Shown here: one piece after another, positions 63,888-64,000 of the stretch
Numbering within the stretch: position 1 is the stretch's first letter
Layout: each line of letters starts with the position of its first letter
NCBI RefSeq assembly: GCF_963921235.1
Contig: NC_086109.1
Location: 30,320,001 to 30,384,000, forward strand
DNA length: 64,000 nt
Source of the DNA: Mobula hypostoma
Taxonomy: Eukaryota
Direction of reading: 5' to 3'
Notes under the pieces: model-generated
The model's database searches: none
What the model saw: only the letters and a program-made list of their open reading frames with translations
Told to the model about the DNA's origin: nothing
Program-made: the position numbers and the translations under genes

Positions 63888-64000
63888 TTATGAGAACACT
63901 CAGTCGTCTTTTATTGTCATTTAGAAATACATACATGCATTAAGAAATGATACAATGTTTCTCTGGAGTGATATCACAGAAAACAGGACAGACCAAAGAC

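Noticed and set aside
1..64000. CRISPR array, operon or prokaryotic defence system
   Set aside because: Vertebrate repeat-rich DNA with no regularly spaced repeats and no gene-dense region; all RT ORFs belong to retrotransposons.

Overview
Vertebrate genomic DNA. The repeat content points to a cartilaginous fish, probably a ray or skate; this is inferred from recognised families, not a database result. I found no intact host protein-coding exon, so the window looks like intergenic DNA or a very large intron. Roughly half is transposon debris, often nested: CR1 and Rex1/Babar LINEs, RTE relics, Penelope-like elements (PLEs), tRNA-derived SINEs, a Tc1 transposon and Tc1-derived non-autonomous copies, hAT MITEs, ancient hAT and PIF/Harbinger transposase relics, a solo LTR and two halves of a Gypsy element. 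Main points of interest: (1) PLE terminal repeats carry minimal type I hammerhead ribozyme motifs, one with an intact core at 44021-44056, and also occur as many short palindromic derivatives; (2) an intronless, disabled RBM25 retrocopy is joined directly to an antisense Gypsy gag, between two inverted LTRs, which suggests a local inversion; (3) a composite element bounded by tiny TIR hairpins carries a LINE 3' tail; (4) several repeat-free blocks resemble conserved enhancers. Boundaries of old repeats are approximate, and all family calls rest on motif recognition by eye.
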